IMG/VR virus record: IMGVR_UViG_3300037502_003770
Location: 248,695-312,694 of that record
Direction: 5' to 3' (one strand)
Length of the DNA: 64,000 nt
The notes under the pieces are model-generated. The model was not told where the DNA came from. It was given only the letters and a program-made list of their open reading frames with translations, and did no database searches. Both the position numbers and the translations under genes were made by a program. Every line of letters begins with the position of its first letter. Position 1 is the first letter of the stretch. Positions 39,410-49,607 of this stretch are shown here, in pieces.

Positions 39410-39752
39410 GAATGAAACTTTTTTAGAAGAAAAAAAACATAAAGTAAAAAATGCTATTTCTGAAAAAGTAAAACCTTTAGAAGAAAATTTATCTGATTTA
39501 AATAAGTCTATTACAACAAATCAATCTGATTCAGAAGAAATAAAATCTTTTAAAGAAAAAGTTTCTTCTTTAGAAGAAAGGATTAAAAAATTAGAAAATA
39601 AAATTTCTATAAATGATTATTTAGGACCTAATCGTATTGGCGGTAAACCTTATCTCCCATATCCTTTACCTCAACCAACAATACCATACACACCAGTAAC
39701 ACCGTATTATATTATTTGTACTACTAGTACTGGCGAAATCAATAAAAAATAA
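39378..39752 (+). CDS. Hypothetical coiled-coil protein with a Pro-rich tail
   Basis: Likely start MKKFLIDT; PYLPYPLPQPTIPYTP tail. Confidence 0.55.
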   Translation: MKKFLIDTFIENETFLEEKKHKVKNAISEKVKPLEENLSDLNKSITTNQSDSEEIKSFKEKVSSLEERIKKLENKISINDYLGPNRIGGKPYLPYPLPQPTIPYTPVTPYYIICTTSTGEINKK

Positions 39753-39782
39753 AATTAATTTAGAATAAATTTATATATAAAA

Positions 39783-40649
39783 ATGAATAAAATATCAGCA
39801 AGAATTATTGCAGACTCTTTAAATCCTATTGGTATTAGATTAACAACTATGGTTGTAGTCTTTCCTAGAATGATTTTAAGTGAATTTAATACTCATAGAG
39901 TGTTTTCAAGAAACTCAGCTTCTTCAAGAGCAATTCCATTTAATAAAATGATTAAACTTGTAAATGAAGAACCATTTATCCCTATATCTTTTATGAAAGA
40001 ACATAAAGGTATGCAAGGAAATGAATATTTTACTGAAGAAAAAGATATTCAAGAATTAACAAAAAATTGGTTATTAGCTAGAGATAAAGCTGTAGAATCA
40101 GCAAAAATTTTATCAGAACAAGGATTAACAAAACAATTATGTAATAGAATTCTTGAACCTTTTATGTATCATACTGTAATTGTAACAGCAACAGAATGGA
40201 ATAATTTCTTAAATTTAAGAATGGATTCTGGAGCTGAAATACATATACAAGAATTGGCAAGACAAATGTATACAGCTTTACAAGAATCTACACCAAAACA
40301 ATTACAAGATAATGAATGGCATATTCCTTTTGGTGAAATGATGGATATTAACAGAATTAATGATACAGCATTAAAAATGTTAAGTACAGAAGAAGAAATG
40401 AGATTAAAAATTGCAACAGCAAGATGTGCAAGAGTATCATATTTGAATTTTGAAGGAAAAGATGATTATACAGCTGATTATATTTTACATGATACTTTAG
40501 CTTCATCAGGTCATTTTTCTCCTATGGAACATTGTGCTTTAGCAATAGATAGTGATGAATTAATATTAGAAAATGGAAATCTAAGAGGTTTTATACAATA
40601 TAGAAAAACCTTTGAAAACGAAAACAGAACTCAAGAGGTAAAAATATAA
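39783..40649 (+). CDS. thyX: Flavin-dependent thymidylate synthase
   Basis: EFNTHRVFSRNSASSRAIP ThyX signature. Confidence 0.88.
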   Translation: MNKISARIIADSLNPIGIRLTTMVVVFPRMILSEFNTHRVFSRNSASSRAIPFNKMIKLVNEEPFIPISFMKEHKGMQGNEYFTEEKDIQELTKNWLLARDKAVESAKILSEQGLTKQLCNRILEPFMYHTVIVTATEWNNFLNLRMDSGAEIHIQELARQMYTALQESTPKQLQDNEWHIPFGEMMDINRINDTALKMLSTEEEMRLKIATARCARVSYLNFEGKDDYTADYILHDTLASSGHFSPMEHCALAIDSDELILENGNLRGFIQYRKTFENENRTQEVKI

Positions 40650-40703
40650 TATTTTTTAACAAAATCATATTTAAAAAAATATATTAAGTCTATTTAAAGG
40701 AAC

Positions 40704-40738
40704 AAGCTTAACTTTGATATTAAATCATTGTTAAGCTT
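40704..40738. promoter_or_regulatory. Stem-loop upstream of nrdA
   Basis: AAGCTTAAC / GTTAAGCTT with a 17-nt loop; preceded by a TCTATTTAAA motif variant. Confidence 0.45.
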
Positions 40739-40779
40739 TTGTCATCTAAAATAAAAAATATTTATAACAAACAAAACAA

Positions 40780-43065
40780 ATGCAAGTCAAAAAACGAAAC
40801 GGACAACTAGAAGAATTACATTACGAAAAAATTAACAAAGTATTAAATTGGGCTGTTATGGATATATCTGACGTAAATAGTTCAGATGTAGCTATGAACG
40901 CTAAACTACAATTATATGATGGGATTTCAACAGACTCTATTCATGAGGTATTAATTAATTCAGCTGTAGAATTAATTTCAGAAGAAAATCCAAACTATCA
41001 ATATGTTGCTTCTTCATTATTAAATTATCTTATCAGAAAAAGATTATTTAATTCACAAAATGATTTACCTTCATTATATGAATTAGTTAAGAAAAATATT
41101 AAACTAGGTTTTTATAACTCAGAATTTTTAGATTTATATACAGAAGAAGAATTTAATACTATCAACGGTTATATTAAACATGATAGAGATTATCTTTTAA
41201 CTTATAGTGGATTACAACAAGTAATAGACAAATATTTAGTAAAGGATAGGTTTAATAATCAAATATTTGAAACACCACAATATATGTGGATATTAATTTC
41301 AATGTATTTATTTAAACATTATCCAAAAGACAAAAGATTAAAACAAGTTAAATCTTTTTATGATGATATTTCTAAATTAAAATTAAATTTATCTACACCA
41401 ATATTGTCAGGCGTTAGAACACCTATGACGCAATTTAGTTCTTGTGTATTAGTTGAAGTAGGTGATAATTTAGATTCTATTTTTGCCTCCGTACAGGCTG
41501 TTGGTAAGTACACAGCAAGAAAAGCTGGTATAGGTCTTCATTTAGGAAACATTCGTGCATTAGGTGATAAAATTAGGAATGGTGAAGTAATTCATACAGG
41601 TGTAGTACCTTTTGCAAAAGTTTTTGAATCAACTGTTAAATCTTGTCAACAAGCAGGTTTAAGAGGAGGTGGTGCAACTACTTATTTCCCTATTTGGCAT
41701 AAAGAAATTGAAAATATTGTAGTATTAAAAAATAATAGAGGAACAGAAGATAATAGAGTTAGAAAACTTGATTATGGTATACAAATTAATAAATTATTCT
41801 ACAATAGGTTAATTAAAAAACAAAATATTACTTTATTTTCTCCTCATGATGTTCCTTCTTTAAAAGAAGCTTTTTATTCAGGAAATAATGAAGTTTTTGA
41901 AAAAATATATACTGAATTAGAGAATGACCCATCTATTTCAAAAAAGAGTATTCCTGCAACAGAATTATTTAATTCAATAGCAAAAGAAAGATTGGAAACA
42001 GGTCGTATTTACATTATGAATGTGGATAATGTAAATAATAATGGTTCTTTTAATGTACAAACTCGTATGTCGAATTTGTGTGCTGAAATCACGTTACCAA
42101 CAAAACCTATCCAACATATTGATGACCCTGATGGTGAAATAGCTTTATGTGTACTTTCAAATATTAATTTAGCACATATTAAAGATTTTACTGATTTAAG
42201 AGAACTATGTCATAACACAGTAAGAGCTTTAGATAGTATTATAGATATTCAGGATTACCCAATTGAGGCTGCAAAGAAAATGTTAAAAAGAAGAAGTATT
42301 GGTGTTGGTGTAACTAATTTAGCATATTTTTTAGCTAAAAGAAATTTAAAATATGGTTCTGATGAAAGTTTAGTTTTATTAGATGAACTATTTGAACATT
42401 TTGCTTATTATTTAACAGAAGCTACAGTACAATTAGCAAAAGAATTTGGTAAATGTGAATATTTTGAAGAAAGTAAATATTCTAAAGGTTTATTAAATAT
42501 TGATAGATATAATAAAAAAGTAGATTCTTTAACTCAAAATAGACCACTTTCTTTAGATTGGGATTCTTTAAGAAAAGATGTTTTAACTTACGGTGTAAGA
42601 AACTCTTGCATTTCAGCATTTCCACCAAATGAGTCCAGCTCGTTGGTGTCGAATTCTACTAATGGTATTGAACCTATTAGGTCATTAATTACCGCAAAGA
42701 AGTCTAAGCAAGGCGTTTTAAAAGTTGTCGCTCCTGAAAGTAATAAACTTAAAAACAAATATGAATTAGCTTTTGATATTAGTAATTCAGCAATAAATAA
42801 AACAGTTGCAGTAATACAGAAATATACAGACCAAGCAATATCAGTAAATCATTATTACTCACCAAAGAAATATGATAATGGAAATATTCCTATTTCTGTA
42901 ATTATAAAAGATATATTAGAATTTTATAATTATGGTGGAAAATGTTTATATTATGCAAATACTGATAATAATAAAAACTCAGCTGAAAATGAAGTAAATA
43001 AAGAATTAGAATATATTGTTTCTAATGATGATACTTCTTGCGAAAGTGGTGCTTGTTCACTTTAA
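40780..43065 (+). CDS. nrdA: Class Ia ribonucleotide reductase alpha subunit
   Basis: N-terminal ATP cone, STPILSG, QFSSC, NLCAE (thiyl Cys), LYY and C-terminal CESGAC. Confidence 0.96.
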   Translation: MQVKKRNGQLEELHYEKINKVLNWAVMDISDVNSSDVAMNAKLQLYDGISTDSIHEVLINSAVELISEENPNYQYVASSLLNYLIRKRLFNSQNDLPSLYELVKKNIKLGFYNSEFLDLYTEEEFNTINGYIKHDRDYLLTYSGLQQVIDKYLVKDRFNNQIFETPQYMWILISMYLFKHYPKDKRLKQVKSFYDDISKLKLNLSTPILSGVRTPMTQFSSCVLVEVGDNLDSIFASVQAVGKYTARKAGIGLHLGNIRALGDKIRNGEVIHTGVVPFAKVFESTVKSCQQAGLRGGGATTYFPIWHKEIENIVVLKNNRGTEDNRVRKLDYGIQINKLFYNRLIKKQNITLFSPHDVPSLKEAFYSGNNEVFEKIYTELENDPSISKKSIPATELFNSIAKERLETGRIYIMNVDNVNNNGSFNVQTRMSNLCAEITLPTKPIQHIDDPDGEIALCVLSNINLAHIKDFTDLRELCHNTVRALDSIIDIQDYPIEAAKKMLKRRSIGVGVTNLAYFLAKRNLKYGSDESLVLLDELFEHFAYYLTEATVQLAKEFGKCEYFEESKYSKGLLNIDRYNKKVDSLTQNRPLSLDWDSLRKDVLTYGVRNSCISAFPPNESSSLVSNSTNGIEPIRSLITAKKSKQGVLKVVAPESNKLKNKYELAFDISNSAINKTVAVIQKYTDQAISVNHYYSPKKYDNGNIPISVIIKDILEFYNYGGKCLYYANTDNNKNSAENEVNKELEYIVSNDDTSCESGACSL

Positions 43066-43086
43066 ACAATCTTTTTAATAAAACAT

Positions 43087-43128
43087 AAATCAACCATATA
43101 ATAATATTTTGTATGGTTGATTTTTTTT
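43087..43128 (+). terminator. Intrinsic terminator after nrdA
   Basis: AAATCAACCATA / TATGGTTGATTT stem followed by a T-run. Confidence 0.75.
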
Positions 43129-43185
43129 AACAAAAAGATAAACTTTATATACTATTAAAAAATAAAAACCCTTTATAAAAAAAAT

Positions 43186-43512
43186 ATGTTTACAAAAATA
43201 ATAAATTTCTTTAAAAGAAAACCTAAACAAGAAAATAAACCTACTAAAAAAACTAGTTATACTAGCAGTAGAATGATATCAGAAAGTAATTATTCATCTA
43301 ATATAGATAATACTTATTCAGATATTACAGCGCAACATATCATATTTAATAATATGTTTAATTCTTCAAATGATTCTACTTCTGATTCAAGCGATAATTC
43401 ATCAAGTAGTTATATTCCTGATTCTTGGTCTTCTTCTGATAGTTATTCTAGTTCAGATTCTTCATATTCAAGCGATAGTTCAAGTTGTGATTCATCAAGT
43501 TCTTCAGATTAA
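43186..43512 (+). CDS. Ser/Asp low-complexity-tail protein
   Basis: C-terminus SSSDSYSSSDSSYSSDSSSCDSSSSD. Confidence 0.7.
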   Translation: MFTKIINFFKRKPKQENKPTKKTSYTSSRMISESNYSSNIDNTYSDITAQHIIFNNMFNSSNDSTSDSSDNSSSSYIPDSWSSSDSYSSSDSSYSSDSSSCDSSSSSD

Positions 43513-43517
43513 TAATT

Positions 43518-43868
43518 ATGATTTTATCATTTCCTTTACATCTTCATAAAAATGATAGGGTTTTACAAGAAATTAAAATTCATACTTATAAATTATATAA
43601 AAAGTATCAAAATATATTAAGACTAGTTATAAACCATATTTATAAAATAAATAATAGATTTGAGTTACATCTATCTGAAATAGATAAAAAACTTAGATTA
43701 TCACTATTTATAGATAAAGATACTACTTTAAATTACATTCTTGATTTAACTAGTAAAACCTTTAATTATTCTTTATCTAATAAAGAAAATATTATAGTAG
43801 AATATACTTTCTCTTTAAAAGAGTTTTTTATTCATAGTAAATTATTATCAGAGTACAAAAAAATATAA
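43518..43868 (+). CDS. Hypothetical protein
   Basis: 116-aa ORF. Confidence 0.5.
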   Translation: MILSFPLHLHKNDRVLQEIKIHTYKLYKKYQNILRLVINHIYKINNRFELHLSEIDKKLRLSLFIDKDTTLNYILDLTSKTFNYSLSNKENIIVEYTFSLKEFFIHSKLLSEYKKI

Positions 43869-43874
43869 AAAAAT

Positions 43875-44960
43875 ATGACAAATAATACAATTATTAATTT
43901 AAATAAAAATATTGATTTCTCAAAAGAACCTATTTTCTTTGGTGAAAAATTAAATATACAAAGATACGATAACCCTAAACATGGTGTATTTTTAAAATTT
44001 TTTAATGAACAGGTTTCAGCTTTTTGGAGACCTGAAGAAGTAACTATATCTAATGATAGGTTAGATTATGAAAAAATGGAAGACTTTGAGAAATTCATTT
44101 TTACAAAAAATCTAGGATATCAAATTCTTTTAGATTCAGTACAAAGTAGGGGTATCCATAATTTACTTGAGAATTGTTCTTCTCCAGAAGTTGAAGTTTT
44201 TTGTAAGAGTTGGGAGTTTTTTGAAACAATACATAGTTATTCATATACATATATTATTCAAAATATTTATCCTAATGCTAAGGAAATATTGGATAATATA
44301 ATGCTTGATGAAGAAATCTTAAAAAGAACAACATCTGTTACAAAATATTATGATAGTTTAATTAATAATATTGGCGATGAAAGTTTAGAAGAATTAAAGA
44401 AAAAATTATATCTTACTTTAGTAAGTATTAATATTTTAGAAGGTATTAGATTTTATATTTCATTTGCTTGTTCTTTTTCTTTTGCTCAAAATAAGAAAAT
44501 GGAAGGTAACGCTAAAATTATTTCTTTAATTGCTGGTGATGAAAATAAACATTTAGGTTTTACACAAAAATTAATTAATATATTAAAAACAGAAGAAAGC
44601 GAAGGTTTTGTTGAAATAGCAAAAGAATGTGAACCTTTAGTTGAACAAATGTTTAAAGATGCTGCTGAAGAAGAAATGAGATGGGCTGAATATTTATTTA
44701 AAGATGGTAAACATATGCTTGGTTTAAATAAAGATATTCTTGTTCAGTACATGAAGTTTTTAACAAATCAAAGAATGGCTGCTATTAAAAGTAAACCATG
44801 TTTTGAAAAAACTAAAAATCCTATTACTTGGATGAATCATTGGTTAGACAATAAATCTTTACAAGTAGCACCTCAAGAAACAGAAATTGAATCTTATGTA
44901 ATATCTTCAACTAAAAATGATTTAGAAAGTATAGATTTTGATGGTTTTGATTTAGATTAA
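43875..44960 (+). CDS. nrdB: Class Ia ribonucleotide reductase beta subunit
   Basis: FWRPEE, LLDSVQ, ETIHSYSY, LEGIRFY and DENKH di-iron ligands. Confidence 0.96.
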   Translation: MTNNTIINLNKNIDFSKEPIFFGEKLNIQRYDNPKHGVFLKFFNEQVSAFWRPEEVTISNDRLDYEKMEDFEKFIFTKNLGYQILLDSVQSRGIHNLLENCSSPEVEVFCKSWEFFETIHSYSYTYIIQNIYPNAKEILDNIMLDEEILKRTTSVTKYYDSLINNIGDESLEELKKKLYLTLVSINILEGIRFYISFACSFSFAQNKKMEGNAKIISLIAGDENKHLGFTQKLINILKTEESEGFVEIAKECEPLVEQMFKDAAEEEMRWAEYLFKDGKHMLGLNKDILVQYMKFLTNQRMAAIKSKPCFEKTKNPITWMNHWLDNKSLQVAPQETEIESYVISSTKNDLESIDFDGFDLD

Positions 44961-44962
44961 TA

Positions 44963-45250
44963 ATGGAAATATCAATTAAAACTAATAATATTACTTATTT
45001 TGAATCAAATAATGTTCATAATATTATTAAATGTTATTTTAGTAATCTTTATCTGATTTATGAATTAGAAATTCTTAAAGATAAGGATTACTTTTTAAGA
45101 ATAAAATTTGAAGATTATGATTGTTTCCTTTCTATTAAAAGAAATTTATTAGAATATAGATATATTAGTATTAAAGATTTTAATATATTATCTATTGGTA
45201 CATACTTAAAAAATCCTCAGCACACAAAATACGAAAAACTTATTAAATAA
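44963..45250 (+). CDS. Orphan YxE-leader family member (95 aa)
   Basis: Leader MEISIKTNNITYFE, a near-consensus match, 33 kb from the array. Confidence 0.75.
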   Translation: MEISIKTNNITYFESNNVHNIIKCYFSNLYLIYELEILKDKDYFLRIKFEDYDCFLSIKRNLLEYRYISIKDFNILSIGTYLKNPQHTKYEKLIK

Positions 45251-45255
45251 TTCTT

Positions 45256-45567
45256 ATGAAAGAAATAAAAAATCAAGAAGAAATAATCTCTTTATTAGAA
45301 AATAAAGAATCTTTTATGTTGTATTGTTCAACACAAACTTGCATGCCTTGCAAAATATTAAAACCTGAAATAGAAAGTAATTTATCAGAATTTAATGATA
45401 AAATGAATTATGTTTCTTTAGAAAACACAGAAGATTTACCAGCAAGATTTAATTTTAAATCTGTTCCTACAATTTTATTTTTTAGAGAAGGTCAATTAGT
45501 AAACAAAGGTACTGGTACTAAAGAATTAACTTTAGATTTTATTAAAAATAATTTACTTACTTTATAA
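45256..45567 (+). CDS. Thioredoxin
   Basis: CMPC active site and cis-Pro SVPT; lies next to nrdB. Confidence 0.88.
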   Translation: MKEIKNQEEIISLLENKESFMLYCSTQTCMPCKILKPEIESNLSEFNDKMNYVSLENTEDLPARFNFKSVPTILFFREGQLVNKGTGTKELTLDFIKNNLLTL

Positions 45568-45818
45568 TGGAAAATTTAGTATTACGATATTTTGAATCTG
45601 AAGAATTTGTTGGGAATTGGGAACATATAAAACCTTTTAAATATTCTTCAAAAGAAGATTTCTTTTTACATATTATGTATCAACCTATAATTTTAAAAGA
45701 ATTTAATTTATGGGATGAAACAGATTTAACTACATCTGAAAGAATAGAAGAAATACTTGACAATATAGAAGTTTTTACTTTAGAAGAATGGTTTTCACAA
45801 AATGAAATTAAACTATGA
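45567..45818 (+). CDS. Hypothetical protein
   Basis: 83-aa coupled ORF. Confidence 0.55.
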   Translation: MENLVLRYFESEEFVGNWEHIKPFKYSSKEDFFLHIMYQPIILKEFNLWDETDLTTSERIEEILDNIEVFTLEEWFSQNEIKL

Positions 45819-46186
45819 TAAAAGTGAGGTTTAATTTAGCTAGAGGTAAAAATTATAAAAAATGGAAAATTGATTATGGTAATAATAATGTTACATATCA
45901 TTCTATTGATGAAGTTTTTTTAATTATGAAAAATTGTTTTCTTAAAAATAATACTAAAATAGCTAATAAAATATTTAACGGTGCTAATAAAAATGTTTGT
46001 GCTTTTATCATATGTGAAAATATCGAAATAATATTAAAAACAGAATCTATCTTAGAAAAAAATGATTTAGAATTAAAATATAATCCTAAAGTAAATCCAT
46101 ATTGGGTTTTTAATGATGTTAATTATGATAATAAGACTATTAGTGAATTATATACAGTAAGTAACAAAATATATATTAAAAATTAA
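45815..46186 (+). CDS. Hypothetical protein
   Basis: 123 aa, KVRFNLARGKNYKKWKI...YNPKVNPYW. Confidence 0.65.
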   Translation: MIKVRFNLARGKNYKKWKIDYGNNNVTYHSIDEVFLIMKNCFLKNNTKIANKIFNGANKNVCAFIICENIEIILKTESILEKNDLELKYNPKVNPYWVFNDVNYDNKTISELYTVSNKIYIKN

Positions 46187-46201
46187 CATCATATATAAAA
46201 T

Positions 46202-46223
46202 AAATACTATTTATAAATAAATA
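46202..46223 (+). promoter_or_regulatory. Extended promoter motif
   Basis: Identical 22-mer to 22962-22983. Confidence 0.7.
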
Positions 46224-46232
46224 TTTAATAGA

Positions 46233-47207
46233 ATGGAAAATACTTCCTTTAAAAATAAAAAATTAGTACAGGTTGATAATAATTTAAAAGAATATTTATT
46301 AAAAGAATTAATAAATACAGGTTTAATTCAAGAAGATTTTAACAAACCAACAGCTTATAAACCTTTACAGGATAAAGTTTCTAAAAATAGTGTTACTTAT
46401 TTTAAAAATAAAATAGATAATGATGAACATATTGATGAACCCATTGTAGATATTAATAATAATATTTTAGATGGTCATCACAGAATGAAAGCCTTTAGTT
46501 TAGACCCTTTAATTTCACAAGTTAAAACATTAAAAATAATGTTAAGTGGTGAGGATGCTATTAAACTATTAAATAAAATTAAAGATAGATATGATTTCTT
46601 TTCTAAGGATGTAGAGTTTATTGAATATAATCCTTTTCATACTGAAAGAGAAGAAAGTATTTCACAAGAAGATATCACCAATTATAATACATCTAATTTA
46701 GGTATTGATAATTCACAATTTTATCAAAATTATAAACCTCAAGCACCAGCTGATTTTTTTGGTCAAGGTACAATGGATTCATTTTTTCCTGAAAACGATA
46801 ATATTTATAATCAAGATACCAATCAACAAAATATAACTGACATAAACAATTTAACATCTTCAGATAGTAGTGAAATAATAGATTATGAAAATGATTACAC
46901 AGTTTATTCAATGAAACCTATTGATAAAAATGATAGAACAGGTTTTGTTGTTTCATTGATTAATAATAATCATAAATTTGAATATACTTTATCTTTTGAT
47001 AATTTAATTGAATTTGAAGATATGGCTTATTTAGATTTTTTAAAATATTTTGTTTCATTAAATGATGAGAATAATTTTTATAATAAATTTAAATCAGAAA
47101 ACCCAACAGAAAGTTTAGCTTTACAAAAAACAGTTAATCATATTTGTAAAATAAATAATGTTGACGGTGTGAAAATTGGTGAAAAATTTATTTTTATTGT
47201 AAATTAA
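46233..47207 (+). CDS. ParB/Srx-like domain protein
   Basis: PIVDINNNILDGHHRMKA motif. Confidence 0.7.
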   Translation: MENTSFKNKKLVQVDNNLKEYLLKELINTGLIQEDFNKPTAYKPLQDKVSKNSVTYFKNKIDNDEHIDEPIVDINNNILDGHHRMKAFSLDPLISQVKTLKIMLSGEDAIKLLNKIKDRYDFFSKDVEFIEYNPFHTEREESISQEDITNYNTSNLGIDNSQFYQNYKPQAPADFFGQGTMDSFFPENDNIYNQDTNQQNITDINNLTSSDSSEIIDYENDYTVYSMKPIDKNDRTGFVVSLINNNHKFEYTLSFDNLIEFEDMAYLDFLKYFVSLNDENNFYNKFKSENPTESLALQKTVNHICKINNVDGVKIGEKFIFIVN

Positions 47208-47234
47208 TTCTAAAATACACTTAATAATTTTAAC

Positions 47235-47268
47235 AATTGTCCAATAGATTATTTACTATTGGACAATT
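47235..47268. terminator. 13-bp stem-loop / probable terminator
   Basis: AATTGTCCAATAG / CTATTGGACAATT followed by ACTTTTT. Confidence 0.6.
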
Positions 47269-47290
47269 ACTTTTTAATATAAATTTAAAT

Positions 47291-48700
47291 ATGAATAAAT
47301 ATAAAATTTTAGTATACAATCAAGATACTCATGGTGTTGGATTTTATCGGATGACACAACCAGCTTTACAATTAAATAAAGATTATTCAGATATTTTTGA
47401 TATTGAAATAAATCCTTTAGCTGATGTTAATAATGATGATTATATTAAACAATTTTCTATGATATGGTGTCACAGAACAATAGTTGATTATAATAATATG
47501 GAATCATATATGAAAAAAATGAGGTCTTTTGGAATAAAAGTTGTATTAGATATAGATGATTATTGGTCTGTACCTGAAACCCACTATTTATATCATGACC
47601 TTAAAGCTAGTGGGTTAGCTAAAATGATTATTAATAATATTAAATTAGTTGATGCTGTTACTACAACAAACCCATATTTTGCTTCTTTAATTAGACCTTT
47701 TAATAAAAATGTTTTTGTTATTGAAAATGGTATCGATACTTCATTAGACCAATACAATGAAGAAAAAAATAATTCTAAATTTACTAGAATTGGTTATTTA
47801 GGTGGTTCTTCTCACTATGAAGATTTATCTTTATTAAAAGATGGTTTTGAAATAATGTTAAATGATTCTTCAATTGAAAATAAATATCAATTTAATTTGG
47901 TTGGTTGGGATTTAAGAGGTACAATGACTGAAAATAAAGTTAACGATGAATTATATAGAGAATTTGTTGAAGAAATGCAAAATGTATATAAAATTCAATA
48001 TACAAGAGAATTAGCTAATCTTTTAGCTAAAGCTGGACAAGATTTATCAAGAATTAATAATTTTCCACAACCTTTAGTTGAAAAATATAATAATAAACTA
48101 GTTACTAGAACTCAAAGAGCAATTAAACCTACTGAAAGTATTTGGTATAAATATGAAAAAGATATTTTTACTTCAAATTATAAATTAATTAAAGATAAAA
48201 ATTATTATGAATATTTAATGGAATTCAATCTAAATGATAGGTTTGGAAATGAATTAGAAGAACAACCATATGTAAGACATAAAACAGATGGTATTTATGA
48301 ATTTGCTAAAAACTATAAACATATTGATGTTGCTTTAGCTCCTTTAAAAGTTACAGGTAAAGTAAAAAATGGTATTTTACTAATGAATGATAATAATAAT
48401 TTTCAATTATGTAAATCTAATTTAAAAATATTAGAATCAGCTTTTTATAAAACACCTATCATTTGTTCAGAAATATCTACTTATACTTATGATAAGGATT
48501 TTCAACATGGTAAAAATATTTTATTTGTATCACCTGAAAGACAAGAAAAAGATTGGTATAAGAATATTAAAAGATTAATTAATAATCCTAATGAAAGAAT
48601 AGACATGGGATTACTTGCTTATGAAACAGTAAAAGATAAGTATAATCTAAAAACATTAACTGAAAAAAGAAAAGATATTTATTTATCAATTCTAAAATAA
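47291..48700 (+). CDS. GT-B fold glycosyltransferase (GT4-like)
   Basis: GVGFYR, DIDDYW, IGYLGGSSH and DVALAPL...KSNLKILE motifs. Start moved from TTG 47237 to ATG 47291. Confidence 0.82.
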   Translation: MNKYKILVYNQDTHGVGFYRMTQPALQLNKDYSDIFDIEINPLADVNNDDYIKQFSMIWCHRTIVDYNNMESYMKKMRSFGIKVVLDIDDYWSVPETHYLYHDLKASGLAKMIINNIKLVDAVTTTNPYFASLIRPFNKNVFVIENGIDTSLDQYNEEKNNSKFTRIGYLGGSSHYEDLSLLKDGFEIMLNDSSIENKYQFNLVGWDLRGTMTENKVNDELYREFVEEMQNVYKIQYTRELANLLAKAGQDLSRINNFPQPLVEKYNNKLVTRTQRAIKPTESIWYKYEKDIFTSNYKLIKDKNYYEYLMEFNLNDRFGNELEEQPYVRHKTDGIYEFAKNYKHIDVALAPLKVTGKVKNGILLMNDNNNFQLCKSNLKILESAFYKTPIICSEISTYTYDKDFQHGKNILFVSPERQEKDWYKNIKRLINNPNERIDMGLLAYETVKDKYNLKTLTEKRKDIYLSILK

Positions 48701-48719
48701 TAAAATATATTAAATTAAT

Positions 48720-49568
48720 ATGGAAGAAAATAACAATATAGATAGTTTTTTTGATTTATTAAAAAATCTACCTGAAAATATTAAAAATAAACTAGCCTCC
48801 ACAATAATAAGTGGAGGTATAGCTTTAAGTAATGTTGAAAAGAATACTTTAAATGATTCTAATAAAACAGAAATTTCTCAAGCAATGGGTCTTGAACAAG
48901 GAAATTTTTTAGCTGATTTACTTGCAGGTAGAAAAACTAAAGCTTCTCAAGAATATGTTAAGAAATATTATGAAATTTTAAATAGAAGTGTTCTTTTAGA
49001 ACAAAAACATCGTGATATAGAATCTAAAAAAGATGGTTTATATAATAGAATGGCTAATGCTTTTCTTGATGAAGGAAATGTCAATCAATATCAAAAATAT
49101 AATTTTAGACAAAACGCTTCTCATGAAGAAAATAAAGAACTTTTAAATGAACAATTTAATAGACAATTATCAAATAATCCAAATTATAAATTCTTATTTA
49201 ATGTACAACCTAAATTAGAAAGTTATTCACCTGATTATAGTAACCCTTCTTTAATAAGTCATAATTATAATGTTATTATAAATAATAATGCTGATATACA
49301 ATATTTAAAATTCATCTATGCTTTGATTAATAGTATTTATGTATATGAAAATAAATCAAACAAAAATGATGTTTTAATTGAAATAAAACTTATTTCAGAT
49401 AATGGATTTAATACTTTTGTAAAAAATATTATGACAGTTACAAGTCTTGATATTTTAATTAAATCAATTGTTAATGAAGGCGATAAAGAATATTCTTTTA
49501 ATATGTACTCTCAAGAAAATATTCAATCTGAAAGAAAAATTATTTTAAAAGGTGATGTTATTTTTTAA
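48720..49568 (+). CDS. Hypothetical protein
   Basis: 282-aa ORF. Confidence 0.6.
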   Translation: MEENNNIDSFFDLLKNLPENIKNKLASTIISGGIALSNVEKNTLNDSNKTEISQAMGLEQGNFLADLLAGRKTKASQEYVKKYYEILNRSVLLEQKHRDIESKKDGLYNRMANAFLDEGNVNQYQKYNFRQNASHEENKELLNEQFNRQLSNNPNYKFLFNVQPKLESYSPDYSNPSLISHNYNVIINNNADIQYLKFIYALINSIYVYENKSNKNDVLIEIKLISDNGFNTFVKNIMTVTSLDILIKSIVNEGDKEYSFNMYSQENIQSERKIILKGDVIF

Positions 49569-49607
49569 CAAAATATATTTCTAAAAGTATTATCTATATC
49601 AAACAAG

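Noticed and set aside
26039-44960. Introns or inteins in recA, dnaB, thyX, nrdA or nrdB
   Set aside because: Each is a single uninterrupted ORF of ordinary length with no splicing or homing motifs.
45567-45818. MENLVLRYFE as a shortened YxE leader
   Set aside because: The motif is four residues short and lacks the N-hydrophobic segment; it could easily be chance.
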